From positions 2,108,001-2,172,000 of the forward strand of contig OX597834.1 in assembly GCA_951406725.2 (NCBI GenBank): a stretch of DNA of 64,000 nucleotides. The letters are read 5' to 3'. The stretch comes from Octopus vulgaris. Its lineage: Eukaryota. Positions 50,416 through 63,260 of the stretch are shown here, piece after piece. How positions within the stretch are numbered: position 1 is the stretch's first letter; each line of letters begins with the position of its first letter. Below the pieces are notes generated by a model that saw only the letters and a program-made list of their open reading frames with translations, was not told where the DNA came from and did not search any database. Made by a program: the position numbers and the translations under genes.

Positions 50416-51537
50416 TTTCCTGAAAAATGTCATCTTTAGAATGGGGCCATGGAACTCAGTCAGGTTTATACATCCTCTGCCATCACAAGCTTTATACACC
50501 CTTTGCAGTAAGAATCCTTGCATGTCTTTTGCCATCCCAAGTTTTATACATCTGGCTGTGTTCCAGCATGGCCACAGCCTCATGGCTGAAACGTGTGGAA
50601 GACTAAAAGGATAAAACCATTTCCTATGCCACATTTTTTGTTGCATCAACTGTAATACATTGTAGACATTTCCAGTCCCGAATGAAACCAATTATTTATT
50701 CACTCATAGTTTACCATTTCCCTGGGACCAGACATGTTTTCATGGAAAGCCGGGAGCAAATAACAGCATTTGTTTGATAGTGATGCTCGTTCACAATTGT
50801 GCAGTGTCAAATCAAGAACACACACACCCACCCACCAACACACACACACACAGACACACACACACATGCACACACACACACACACTCTCCTCCCATGGTG
50901 TTGAAAATAACAAGACATTCTTAAGTTTGATTCGGTTACATGTTATGTTTTTTTTAACCTTTTTTGTTTCCAATATTATAAAAGAAGCCGTAAGAACCGA
51001 TGAGTGAAAGCATTCGGTGAAAGAGAGATTTTCTTGACTTTGGCCAAATGGCTGTTGAGGCCAAAGTCTCTCATTGCTCCTTATAAAGGCGGTAAGAAAC
51101 TAGAAATGTCAGCTGTTGTCATGGGTGAATCACTACACATTTTCTGACATAAATTCAAAACTACAATGCAACATGAGGTTAAGGGTTAAACTATTTTTAG
51201 TTTGGATAAAATGGTGATATGAACATGACACTGTCTTGCTCACCTGCTTTCTTGAATGGGCATTTTCTGTCACTCCCTTCTCTCTTAGAAATTGAGATAC
51301 ATTTAAACTATATTATGGTGGCATATGAAGGGCAGTTAAGTTTTTGCTGTTTTGTTCATGTCGGAAGGTGAAGACATTTGCTGTTTAAAATATCACATTT
51401 AGAGAAACTTTGAAATTTTACCAAGAGGAGGTGTCCCGCTTTTCTTTGTATTCATATAAAACTGTGATCTGTTTGATGTCACAGCAGAGAACAGCAGAAA
51501 CAAGTGTTTTTGTATGCAGCATCAGCCATAGCTATTG

Positions 51538-51637
51538 GTGTAAGGGTGGCTGTGTGGTCGAGACATTTACTTCCCATCCACATGGCTTCCGGTTCAGTCC
51601 TAGTTTGTTGCACCTGGGGCAAGTATCTTCTATGATA
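51538..51637 (+). mobile_element. SINE family A head fragment
   Basis: GGCTGTGTGGTC..CCACATGGCTTCCGGTTCAGTCC..GGGCAAGTATCTTCTA. Confidence 0.75.
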
Positions 51638-51869
51638 ACTATGGTTCTCAACTGGGGCCCATGTGACTCAACCTCTCTGGAGCTGCTAGATTTGATACGG
51701 ATATAAACAAATTGGTTGTTTTTCTGGGTTTGATGTAGACACCTGATGAGACTCCAAAAAGGGTCAAAAATCAATTAAAAATTGGTGTTTTTCAGTCTAC
51801 AGGGAAAAAGCTAAAAATTGACATATTCATATATATACAACATAGGTTTACATACATACATACACAGAC

Positions 51870-52485
51870 AATACTATCCGAAGGCATATACATCAAAGGC
51901 ATGTCAGAACCAGCAGGTATTCACACCTTTAAAAACAAGGAATACTGATAGAACGACCCAATAAAATCATTCAATTTGTTGCAAACATAACAGACCTGAT
52001 ATTGTTCTGTGGGACAGGGGAAGAAACATCCTGCACTGATGTAGAGGTCAGCTGCCCAGCAAATGTGAATGGAGGACAATGAAAAGTCCAGGAGAACATT
52101 TGTGGTGAATTAATGCAGAACTTGTACCCTATCTGTGAATTCCCATTTGTAGCTATCATTATGGGTGTATTAGGTTATTCACCGACAAATTTACACAAAA
52201 ACCTAGAAATACTCAGTTTCACGGAGAAAGAAACTGATGCCAAGCCTCCGAATCCAATTTGTTTGAGGCACAGTGAAGATCTGTAAAACATTCTAGAAAT
52301 TCTCCATATGAGATTCTTATGTCAATAGATGTATATACACTTGGGTGTATATACATCGACAGTTCAACCAACACACCAACAGATTCACAGACATCGGGAA
52401 TTCTCTTAACTCGAAAAAGTTTTATTGCTTTGTTAGCAACCGGTTTGAACTCTCTTAAGGACTTCAACTAGGCTCAAAGAAAAAT
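51870..52485 (+). pseudogene. 5'-truncated non-LTR retrotransposon with restriction-like endonuclease (R4/Dong-like)
   Basis: EY**NDPIK..CKHNRPDIVLWDR/EETSCTDVEVSCPANVN...AIIMGVLG...GTVKICKTF: a PD-(D/E)xK-type RLE domain with stops and frameshifts. A 3' UTR follows and runs into (CATA)n. Confidence 0.82.
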
Positions 52486-53034
52486 CATACATACATACAT
52501 ACAAACAAACAAACACATACACATATACATACTACATACAAACACATACATATATACATACATACATATACATACATACAAACACATATATACATACATA
52601 CAAACACATACATGCATACATTCATTCGTTTGTTCATGTTTGTTTTTATGTTAAGTTATAAAAGAATCCCTTTTACATTAAACTGAAGGGTTAGTCTGTA
52701 CTCTTTCTGCAGAGTACAGATTTATTACTCCTTAGCAAGAATAGTGTTGATAGTGATTGTGAAGTTTCAACCAGCTGAAGCCATTGTTACAAAATGAGCT
52801 TCTGTAGTTTCCATGAAGCAGATTCCTCTAACAAGGTGCCACTAATGCAAAGCTTCAAATGGAAGGCACGCACCCATGGTGCCTTGCTGTGAGATTGAGC
52901 CTAAACCCTTCTGCTTTTGAAATTAACTTATTTACCAGATAAATGTGTTTTTTTACACATGACCTTTAAAATGTTCTACTTTTTTCCCCCTGGAATCTCA
53001 ACACAGACACAAATACAAATGTCAAACAGGTTAT

Positions 53035-53400
53035 TTGATACAGCAGATCTATGATCAAAAAGGTTCCAATCATGACCACCACATCTTTTATTCACACATA
53101 GTGTATCTAGGACTATATCACTTAACCCTTTCGTTACTGTCTTTCCTCGTTGTTGCCTTTTAGCCCCAGGTCAGTCCTGATCCAGCAGATTTCTGTTCAA
53201 AGCAGTTCCAGTTATGACCACCCCATCTATTTTTTTATTCAGACATAGTGTATCTAAGACTACATTATTCAACATCTTTGCTGGTTGTTGTTTAGTCCAC
53301 CACACGATGACCTTGGTCTATGATCAAAGATATTCCACCTGTGGCCATCCCTTCTTTTTATTTGGACACAGTACATCTCAGAGTACATGATTTAATGTGT
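53035..53400 (+). mobile_element. Three tandem family E copies
   Basis: CTATGATCAAA..TTCCA..ATGACCA..CATAGTGTATCTA repeated. Confidence 0.75.
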
Positions 53401-54426
53401 CTCTCTTTGTTGTTGTTGCTGTTCTTTGACCCCCCCCCCCATCATTTCAGATTCAAAGATGTCCCCACCACATCTACCCCACCACCACCACCACCTCTAG
53501 ATGCGCACTCCTACATCACCCCCCACCATCAGATACACACGCAAACCACCTCCATCACCACCAGATATGCACTCCGTCACCACAACTCTGCACCACCACC
53601 ACCACTACTAACCCCCTCCCGGTCTTATTAGTTACATTAAGTGGAGTGTAGTTAGTGGTTGAGGTGGGGATGGGGGGATGGCATGTTATTCCCCCTCCCC
53701 ATTCTCCTCATCCTCTTCCCCCCCATCCCCATGCACAACATGTAAGCAGGGATGGAGGGGAGGGTAGGGTAGAGGGAACCCCCTCCTTTCCTCAGCCCCC
53801 TCCCCCCACCTTGCTCTGCAGATTATCAGGGATCATCACCATTGATAGCTGCTCCCTGTTTCAACTTAACGAATCTCATTAGAATTGTTGAAGCTTGATT
53901 CAATTTCCTTGTTTTTGTTGTTGTTGTTAAATGTGGCAGCGGTGGTGGAGGTGGAAGGGTGACGGTGGTGATGGTAAGAGTTGTGGTGAAGGTGGTTGCG
54001 TTGGTGGGCGGTGGGCGGTGGTGGTGGTGGCGTTCCAGAAAACGGAAGTGAATGAGAAAGCAATTATGTTAAAGAAAGCAGTCAGAGAGAGAGAGAGAGA
54101 GAGAGACGAAGAAAATTCAGGATGATTAACAATAATAATAATAATAATAATAATGATGATGATGATGATGTTGGTGATGGTGATGTTATGATGATACTGA
54201 TGATAATAGTGATTGTTTCATAATACACCGCATAGACAACATTGAAATATCCATACAATATGATGTGTGTGTGTATGTATGTATGTGTGTGTGTGTGTGT
54301 ATTTATATAATGTGTGTGTGTAGAAGATTGTGATCTGGTAATCTTGTTAGTCCACAATTATGAAAGTACTTGACTTTGAATACAATAGATTTTATAAATG
54401 AGTTTCTAGGAATAAATCCATCTATT

Positions 54427-54467
<41 letters not shown>

Positions 54468-54635
54468 TGTTGTAGTTCCTCAATACTTTGTACATCCTTG
54501 GGTTCTACATGTATTGTTGTTGCTGTTGTTGTTGTCATTTTGTTGCCTTCGTCCAGATTGCGTCATTTCAAAATGGTTCTGAAGTCAATGAAGACAGAAC
54601 ATGAAGCTCTTCTTCAGTTCCACTCTGTCTCATAC

Positions 54636-54833
54636 AAAGTTCCTGGCTTTAAGGGTATCGTCAAAAGCTTGGTTGGAGGCCCAACCTTCTGAGTTCTTTT
54701 ACAAGGCTTAGAAAAACTGAAGGACCGCTGCAATGTGTGAATCTGAGAGGAGAATATGCTGAATAAAATCCTAACAGATCCTCCTCCTGTGTTATCTTTT
54801 ACCCAAAGCCAGGATCTTTTCAGCCCCTTTCAT
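54636..54833 (+). mobile_element. Mariner deletion derivative (MITE) retaining the transposase C-terminus
   Basis: Inverted ends AAAGTTCCTGGCTTT / AAAGCCAGGATCTTT; frameshifted KAWLEAQPSEFF/QGLEKLKDRCN/CVNLRGEYAE*. Confidence 0.82.
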
Positions 54834-55079
54834 TTATACACCCACTTCTGTACCACTTCTCTTAAATTCATTTCTCAGTAACTTGAGAATATACCTTGAT
54901 ACATCTTCTCTCACTTTTCCCATCTGGGGTAGCCATGGATCTCCTCTACAAGACACCTGTTTCTGTGCCACTGTCACACTTTATCTTCTCATCACCCGGC
55001 ACAAAGCCACCTTCCGCAATACCACTCTCCATTGCTTTTAAGAGGTCTTGCATTGCAAATTACTTGGTGACTTTAGTCG

Positions 55080-55225
55080 AGTTGGTGCCATGGTAAAAGT
55101 ACCCAGTCCACTCTGTAAAGTGGTTAGTGTTAGGAAGGACATCTAGTGGTTGAAACCATGCCAAAGCAGAGAGTAAGGCTTGGCAGAGCCCTCTAGCTTG
55201 TTGGTTCCCATCACACCTTCCAAGC
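55080..55225 (+). mobile_element. SINE family D fragment
   Basis: CACTCTGTAAAGTGGTTAGTGTTAGGAAGGACATC..GAAACCATGCCAAAGC. Confidence 0.7.
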
Positions 55226-55797
55226 AGTGTGTGAGTGTGAAGTCTGACTATAAAAATGGTATGAACTATGTCTGTAACTGGTCTAAAACAAAATATTTGT
55301 TTCTCTTCCGTTGTTTGGTTTAATCTTCATTGTATGAAGAAGGGTTCCACAGGACCCTTTCCTCGATATTTACAAGAGGAGGACTGTGTTGGAGTTTGTG
55401 GGGTTTTACCTATCACTCTTTTTATAAAGAAATACAGGGGTCACACACACACACAATTCATGTAATAAAATGTGTGGCATCAGTGTTTCAGTATTTCATC
55501 TGAATGTCAGATGCTGGACTGATGCTAGTTCTTTGTTTCTTCTTTTATTCCATACAAATGATTATCAAAGACACACGGACAGACACTGCATGCTTGGGCA
55601 TACATACATACGTACAGTTCCTCAGCAGCAGAGAAAAAGCACACACACAAAACAAAAAAAAATACATAAATATTTATTTACTTTTTGTTAACCTATAATG
55701 TTGTCTGCTTCCTGGAGTTCAAATGATTTTTTTTCTTTTAATTCTTGCAGCATCCATTTATCTAATCTGCATACGGGTGTCTGTGTGTGTATATATA

Positions 55798-55838
<41 letters not shown>

Positions 55839-56196
55839 AGCTGTTTATCTAATATCCGTCTGTCAGTCTCTACCTATTTTAATCCGTCTTTGCTCTCTTT
55901 CTATATTTAGTTGATCTCTCTTTATTACTATGTGACTGTCTGGCTACTCAGGGATGTATTTTTGTCTGCGCAGGCATATATGCACATGCATATGCACTTA
56001 TGCCTATCTGCACCCTTTCATAATACACACACACACACACTTAATATGCAGTTTGAAAATACAATTTGTAAGCTGGACGTTATTGTTGAGAAGCTACACA
56101 TGGTGAGTCAAAGGCTGAGAATTTCCCAACTGCTCTGGCTTGAAAGTCTTGGCCCTTGAGCCAGTTATGCAACTTTGCATCAAACGTGTGTGCATG

Positions 56197-56229
<33 letters not shown>

Positions 56230-56929
56230 TGTTTTTATGTGAAGTTATATGAACCTAGAGTAGAGAGAGAGTGTGCCATTGATGAGCTTGAGAAAGGTGA
56301 CGAAAGGACTTTGATAAACCTGGGTGATTGACTTGATTGATGAACTCAATGATTAATCAAACAATTGATGAGTTAATTGGGTAAATGATTAACCAGTTGA
56401 CTTATAATAACGATAATAATGATAAAGAAGTGAAATAGTACCAGTGTGTGTGTTTATTGGTATAATGACCCTCCTGGGATATGAAAAATACATCAAAAGA
56501 ATTTAACAGTAAACTGAAATATTACTCCATACTTTTTAGATGCATATTTATTAAACTTTTATAAGGAAAAGGTTGGTAGTGACTTCGAAGTTTCAGTGTA
56601 GCTCATCTTCATCAAATATGTGTGGGTGGGGGGGGATTTTTATGTATTATTTGATTTCTTTAATACAAAAGAAGATAAGCGTAATGCGAATAATAGAAAT
56701 TTTATTGAATTATTGAGTGGGATTAAAAGATTAAAGGATTAAAGCATTCATACAAAAATTGTTTATCAATGAAACAATTAATTTAGTGTTCACAGCTGAC
56801 TGATGCCTCTGTCCCCTCCCCAGCAATTTCTAATTGTTCCTCTTCCTATTGAGCTCCTAATTATTGCCATAGACGACTCTTTCAGAATCTTTTAGACTCC
56901 ATTGTTATCCTGCTGGAGTTAATGGCTGC

Positions 56930-57240
56930 CAAACCGTCCTCCAACACTCAAATACTCAGTGTCACTACCTTGCTGATGTCGGGGGTGGGGGTGACTGTTA
57001 CAAAGTGTGGGAGGGATATGGCTATCAGCTGACTCACCACTTCCTTTTGTATGGAATTCTGGGTCATCTTCCTCTTTCTGCTGCTGGCTGCAGTAAAAGA
57101 AATCAAGATATGCATTGAAAAGATGTGAGGACAGAACTGTTCCACTCAGACCAAGCCCTCTGCTCACCCTCAATTTCTTTAAGTACCACTTACAGAGGAA
57201 GGTTTGGGTAGAGAAGGAGGTGCTGCCATCTACTAAACTT
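56930..57240 (+). pseudogene. L1/Tx1-like LINE 3' fragment (copy 4)
   Basis: LLQSVGGIWLSADS..LLAAVKE...LNFFKYHLQRKVWVEKEVLPSTK. Confidence 0.65.
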
Positions 57241-58328
57241 TATAGTTTCAGTGGGTGTGGTTCAATGACCAACTCTGTTGGCTGCTGTCAACAACTGGTT
57301 GAAGCTACTTACTGCCTTGTCCATATATATAATCCAAGATTTTGCATGGAGTTGTTCCCTAATTTAGCCCCTCTTTCTTCATACTTTCTCTTTATTTTTA
57401 TTATTGTTATGATTTTGTCTTATTTCCATAGATACTGTACACTCCATCATGTAGTGGTCACTTGTCACGGACACAGGGTGACTGTGTGGACCCATGTAGA
57501 CACTGTGCATTCTAACAGGTAGTGGTCACTTGTCTGGGGTACCATGTAACAGCCTGTTGCTCGCACCACTGTCCAGTGTAGTCCTGTATACTTCTGCTTG
57601 TCGTTGGTTGTGGTGGTGTTTAGCCCCAGGCCAATCAAAAGTGTTCCATTCATGACCATCCCATATTGTCGTCATGTATCCATGACAACAGTTTTCTTCT
57701 ACTTTTTCTGTTTACATTGAAACAATATGATTTGAGAAGTGAGTTGGTGGGGTTTGGTGGTGGTGATGGTTGCAGTAGAGGTGGGCAAAGATGGATTTGG
57801 TCAGGATGTGACAACTGGATGAATATAGAACATAGCATAATCATGTGCTGTGAAGAATAAATATTGTGTTACAAAGAACTGAACGGTGATTCCATCAGAT
57901 TTTAATTATGGAAACTGACAAAGTCTTCTTAGAATTTAATTCCAATGATCTCTCCGCTATTCTCGGGTACCCATCACCATCCCTTTTGTCCCTGCAACAC
58001 CAGGTACACACCATATATGGGTAAACCATAAAAGAGTTGGTGTTTTTGCTGATTTCTTTTGTTTTTCTTTTCTTTTCTTTTTTGATATTTGGAGATGAAA
58101 GCTTTGCGAGTGAGAGGTGTCAACTGTTTCAGCAATGGTGGTGTGTGGGCACCCATATACTCATATAAACACAAACACACACACACACGGATATGCATAC
58201 ACACGTGTGTGTGTGTGTGTGAGTGTGAGGAGTCCCACAATGAGATAACATAGAAATACTAATTTAATGCTAAAAGCTGGCATTACTTATGGGACACATC
58301 ATCTATCTATCTAAAGAAACTATATAAC

Positions 58329-58502
<174 letters not shown>

Positions 58503-58769
58503 TGTTGCGAGAGAGAAATGTGTATAAGTATGTCTACTGACAAATAGTTATGTTGCTTTGTGATACATCAGGGATTTGAGAGGCAAAAATTAGTTTATTT
58601 AGGATTAAAGGGGTGTTGGGTGGGAGATAACATAGAAAGGGGTGTTGGGTGGGGTGCTGGAGGATGAGATTGTTTCTCTGAGTTCTACAGCACTTTTATG
58701 GAAGTTTACATCCATGCATACATTACATATATTTATATATATATACACACGCGTATATATATAGGGTAA

Positions 58770-59020
58770 AGTGATCCCTTTCGTGTTGTACAGTCTCCTA
58801 AATCTGGTTGTCTCCTTTCTGTGGCATCTATATTCCACCGCTCCTGGATGGGACACCGGGCCCTCACAGGATTACTCACTTTTGGCAGCTGAGTGGATTG
58901 GAGCAATGTGAAATGAAGTGTTTCCTTCAAGAACACAATGCATCACCCAACCCAGGAATCGAAACAACAACATTCCTACAATCATGAGTCCAACACCCCT
59001 AACCACTCACCCACATACCC
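58770..59020 (-). mobile_element. SINE family B, tail variant 5
   Basis: CTGGATGGGACACC..CAGCTGAGTGGATTGGAGCAATGTGAAATGAAG..CAAGAACACAATGC..CCCTAACCACT. Confidence 0.8.
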
Positions 59021-59075
59021 TCACCATTTAAATCTCTAATCTCTCTTTCTATATATATATATATATATATAAATG

Positions 59076-59131
<56 letters not shown>

Positions 59132-59133
<2 letters not shown>

Positions 59134-59415
59134 GCTGATGCCAGTACCCCCTGACTGGCTCCCGTGCCGGTGGCACTTAAAAAGCGCTATCCGAACAGGA
59201 TTGATACCAGGCCCGCTTGACTGGCTCCTCTGCCAGTGGCACGTAAAAAGCACCCACTACACTCTCGGAGTGGTTGGCATTAGGAAGGGCATCCAGCCGT
59301 AGAAACTCTGCCAGATCAGATTGGAGCCTGGTGCAGCCACTGGCTCTCCAGACTCCAGTCAAGCTGTCCAACCCATGCCAGCATAGAAAACAGACGTTAA
59401 ACGATGATGATGATC
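59132..59415 (+). mobile_element. SINE family D with an internal duplication
   Basis: TGACTGGCTCC..TGCC.GTGGCAC.TAAAA twice, then GGAAGGGCATCCAGCCGTAGAAAC...GACGTTAAACGATGATG. Confidence 0.88.
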
Positions 59416-59805
59416 ATCATCATCAACATTATGCATACATGTATGCATGTATGTATAATGCACATGTGCACCGCAGTAAATGCACTCTACTGAGAGAGGA
59501 AGAGAGAGAGAGGGGGAGGGTGACAGTGAAGCAGTAATTTAATAGTGTAACAGTGCCATTTGGCAATCTTTGAATTTATGCCAATAAATCAATAGACTCT
59601 ATAACTTGTATTGAGCACTTGTTACCAATTCTGTTAACACACACACACACATGTGTATATGTATGTATACACACACACATGTTTGTGTGTGATGATTGCT
59701 ATCATCTTGTCAGATGATAGCCATCTCCATTATTCATTGCTCAGCCAAAACATACAAGATGCCCTGATTACATCATTGGATTATCGTGACAAACGGCTTA
59801 TATGT

Positions 59806-59857
<52 letters not shown>

Positions 59858-60117
59858 CACACCACCACCACCACCCTGCAAACATCCCTATTAAATATCC
59901 AGTGAGAAACAAGAACATGAAGACCAGAACCTATTTCAACTGGGGTTGTTGTTTTCCTTTTATCAAAAGGGACTTCTAGACTTTTTTCCACTGAAAGAGT
60001 ACCTTACCACCACACACACACACACACATTTATGCATTCACATATCTGCATTACACACATGCATCATACACACACATACATATCAAAGACTTATGTCTAT
60101 GTATATATGTCTCATTC

Positions 60118-60153
<36 letters not shown>

Positions 60154-60269
60154 TGCGTGCGCATATATGATTATGAAATACTTAGCTGTAGTCTCTCTAA
60201 TATTTCTGCTTATACAGATATTTATCTGTTGTTGGAGTAATTTGAAACACACAGGCTTATATATATATC

Positions 60270-60314
<45 letters not shown>

Positions 60315-60724
60315 ACACTCACATGTATATATATATATATATCAAGCCTGATGCTTCTTTCATCTGTTCCCCTGTGGTAAACGCTCTGTCCTTGTTGTTT
60401 ACTAACCCAACTTCCCTTAACTCTTCCACCCCCGCTCCTTCCAGCTACCATTTCTATGACTAAGCAATCCCTGGTGGGGCGTTACCTCTCTTCATTCTGC
60501 TCTTTGAATTCCTCTTTCCTCTCAGCAGCAGCATCCACCACCAGAGTCTACAACATAAACATTGCCACTCGCTACCCAGACATCTCTTCTCTGTTGTCCG
60601 ACTTCAGAACAAAGAAACTGCATTTTTAATAACATAACAATGGAGAGTGTTGGTGTGCTAGAAAGAGCAGCGAAGTCTTTCTCAAATCACAGCCAAATGT
60701 CCTTTTGAGAAGAACCCTTTTTTT

Positions 60725-60908
60725 TTAACCCTTTTGCATTCAGATTATTCTTTCGGAAGTAATGCTTTTTCTTTCACAATATGTTGTAACTTTGGAATTT
60801 TGATCACGTGATTGTAGATTTTACAATGGCATTGAAGGGTAGGTGTGATAGGATGGATCTGGCTGGTTAGAACATAAAACACAGTCTGTTTAGATGCTAA
60901 ATGGTCAA
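60725..60908. mobile_element. MITE family F copy interrupting a family E element
   Basis: TTAACCCTTTTGCATTCAGATTA...GATGCTAAATGG; family E halves lie at 60650-60715 and 60909-61015. Confidence 0.7.
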
Positions 60909-61199
60909 TGTAGTCCTAGATAGCTGAATATGAAAAATAGATGAGATGGTCACAGCTGGAATGCATGTGATTATTGGTTGGCTCAGTCAGGGCTGACTCA
61001 GGGTTAAACTACAACAACAACAACAACAGAAACAAAAGTTAAACTTTAAATTAAGTTGGAAGGTTTATGGATCCATTATGAAAGAATTCTTTTGGAATTT
61101 GGTTGTGTAATGGAACCAGAAATGGTCGTAGTTGAGTTGGTGCCTCAGAACTAGACTTTCTCTAAGGTGGGTTCATCATCAGACCCTGCACATTACTGT

Positions 61200-61432
61200 C
61201 TTTGAACCCTAGGGCTCACAGGACCACTTTCCCAGTTTCCATGGGGTGTAAGTGACCAAGATCGTAACATTTCTTCTCCTGGATGTGATGCTAGTCCATT
61301 CACAGGGTTAATTCATTTACAGCTGAAATGAAGCATTTTGCTCAAAAACACAATACGTGGCCAGTCTGGAAATTGAAACCCTGATCTTTTGATTGTGAAT
61401 GCAATGCCCTGAGCACTAGGCTAGGTGCCTTC
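61200..61432 (-). mobile_element. SINE family B, tail variant 5
   Basis: CCCAGTTTCCATGGG..CTCCTGGATG..GCTCAAAAACACAA..AATTGAAACC. Confidence 0.7.
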
Positions 61433-62165
61433 ATTTGAGATGGGTCAGCATTGAAGAATTAAAGGTTGTCTGCAGTGGGTTTGGTACCACACAGCCGAAA
61501 GTTATCAGAGGTGAACTGGTGTTGAAGTTCCAGAGGTTGACTAATGTGTGAGGCTATAATTTGGTTTTGTTAATCAATCTTTTGATAATGAATATATATT
61601 CAGTTTTGATGTATATTTAATTTACAGTATCTGTGACCTTGGGTATAATTGTTGCCTTGGTAACAATGTATATATGCAATTAATTAATAGTTTTGCTAAT
61701 TAAGAATGTTGTGAACATTTTTACTGTGGTGGCTAATATAATTGATGGAGACAGCCAAAGTAATTAAGTAAAATTATGGTTGTAGCAAAGAGAAAATAAC
61801 CTTTATTTAATAATTGATTCTGGTGGAGAAAAGCAAAGGAGAAACTTGTAAAATTTAAATGGATTGAAATTGAATATTGGCAACATGGGTGTGTGTGTGA
61901 GGGGGGAGGGGCGTGTATGGTGTTTGGTAAAAACGGATGATAACTTTGGACATATTTCAGTCTTATTTCACCTCATCAGTGTTATGTAACATTCAGTGAT
62001 AAGACATGTTTCAGCCGTATTTACACCTCATCAGTGATAGATGACAAATTGGCAGAGTTGTTAAAGTGTCAGGTAAAATACCTTGTGGTATTTGTTCTGC
62101 CTCTGAATTCAAATCTTGCCAAGGTCAGCTTTGCTTTCCATCATTTTAGAGTTGGGAAATAAATT

Positions 62166-62184
62166 TGGTTATATATTGGGGTAG

Positions 62185-62246
<62 letters not shown>

Positions 62247-62300
62247 CTCTTTCTCTCTCTCCCCTCTTTCTCTCTCTCCCCCCTCTCTCTCTCTCTTTCT
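62166..62300. repeat. (CT)n microsatellite
   Basis: Read directly from the sequence. Confidence 0.95.
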
Positions 62301-63014
62301 GACTCTATGTTACATATTTTACAATGTGATAGGATCAGGGTCACTAATTGTAAAACTACCCAAGAAATCCCTATTAGGGACCGATTAAACCAGTAGGTGT
62401 CAGCTGAAAGGAGGGCTCTGTATTCTCTCTAAACCTGCTAGAAATAGCAGCCCTGAGTTCATATGAGAGAACCAAGGCAGTGTTGGGCAGTTAAGGGTTA
62501 AGGGAACCATGTCACTCCTCAAGCTTCTTGCCATCTTTGAAATAGGGGTGGCGTGTTTAAAGTTAGTGTTAATTTTAGAACAGTTTGTTATCCACTTGCA
62601 CAATAACCGTGTGGTTTTGGGTTCAAAGCCACTGTGCAGCACCTTAGGCAAGTATCTCTTCTCTAGTTCTTAGTTAATGTGTGTTTGTGTTTCCTCATTT
62701 TCATATTGTGTTGGCTGTTAACCAATGCCATAAATTTGCAATCTTGCATGAAAACTTGCCCCGGCCATTGTGATGTTTGTGCTTAAAGGAGTCTGAGGGG
62801 AGATATCACCTTGCTTGGAAACGGACGAATGTAGGGAACAAGGAGAGCATCCAGCCTTAGAAACTCTTCCACAAATAAACTCTGTCAGATCCATGCAAGC
62901 AGGGAAGAGTGGACATTCAATAAGGATGATGATGGGGATGATTAAGGATTGGTTTTTGAATGTCTGTTTGCAATTAGTTTGGCAATAATTAAATAATATT
63001 CATTAGAATTCTCA

Positions 63015-63230
63015 AGGCAGCAAGATGGCCAAAATGCTTAGCATGCAGGGCAAAATGCTTCGTGGCATTTCATCTGTCTTTGTGTTCTGAGTTCAAACTC
63101 CTCTGAGGTCAGCTTTGCCTTTCATCCCTTTTAGGGCTTGATAAATTAAGTACCAGTGAAATACTGAGGTCAATGTAATCAACTTGTCCCCTCCCACCAA
63201 ACTATCAGGCCCTCTGCCTTTAATAGAAAG
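63015..63230 (+). mobile_element. SINE family C
   Basis: GTTCTGAGTTCAAACTCCTCTGAGGTCAGCTTTGCCTTTCATCC..TTAAGTACCAG. Confidence 0.85.
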
Positions 63231-63260
63231 AATTCATTAGGATTCTTACAAAAAAAAAAA

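Noticed and set aside
52766-52777. TTCAACCAGCTG resembles the 3' half of miR-133
   Set aside because: The seed is absent, there is no star arm, and the region is a dispersed repeat (paralogue at 45675-45815).
57908-58020. Short ATG-initiated frame METDKVFLEFNSNDLSAILGYPSPSLLSLQHQ with possible donors
   Set aside because: Weak donors, no recognisable homology, and a length expected by chance.
60526-60629. Good polypyrimidine acceptor followed by a 33-codon open frame
   Set aside because: No recognisable protein, and no upstream exon to link it to.
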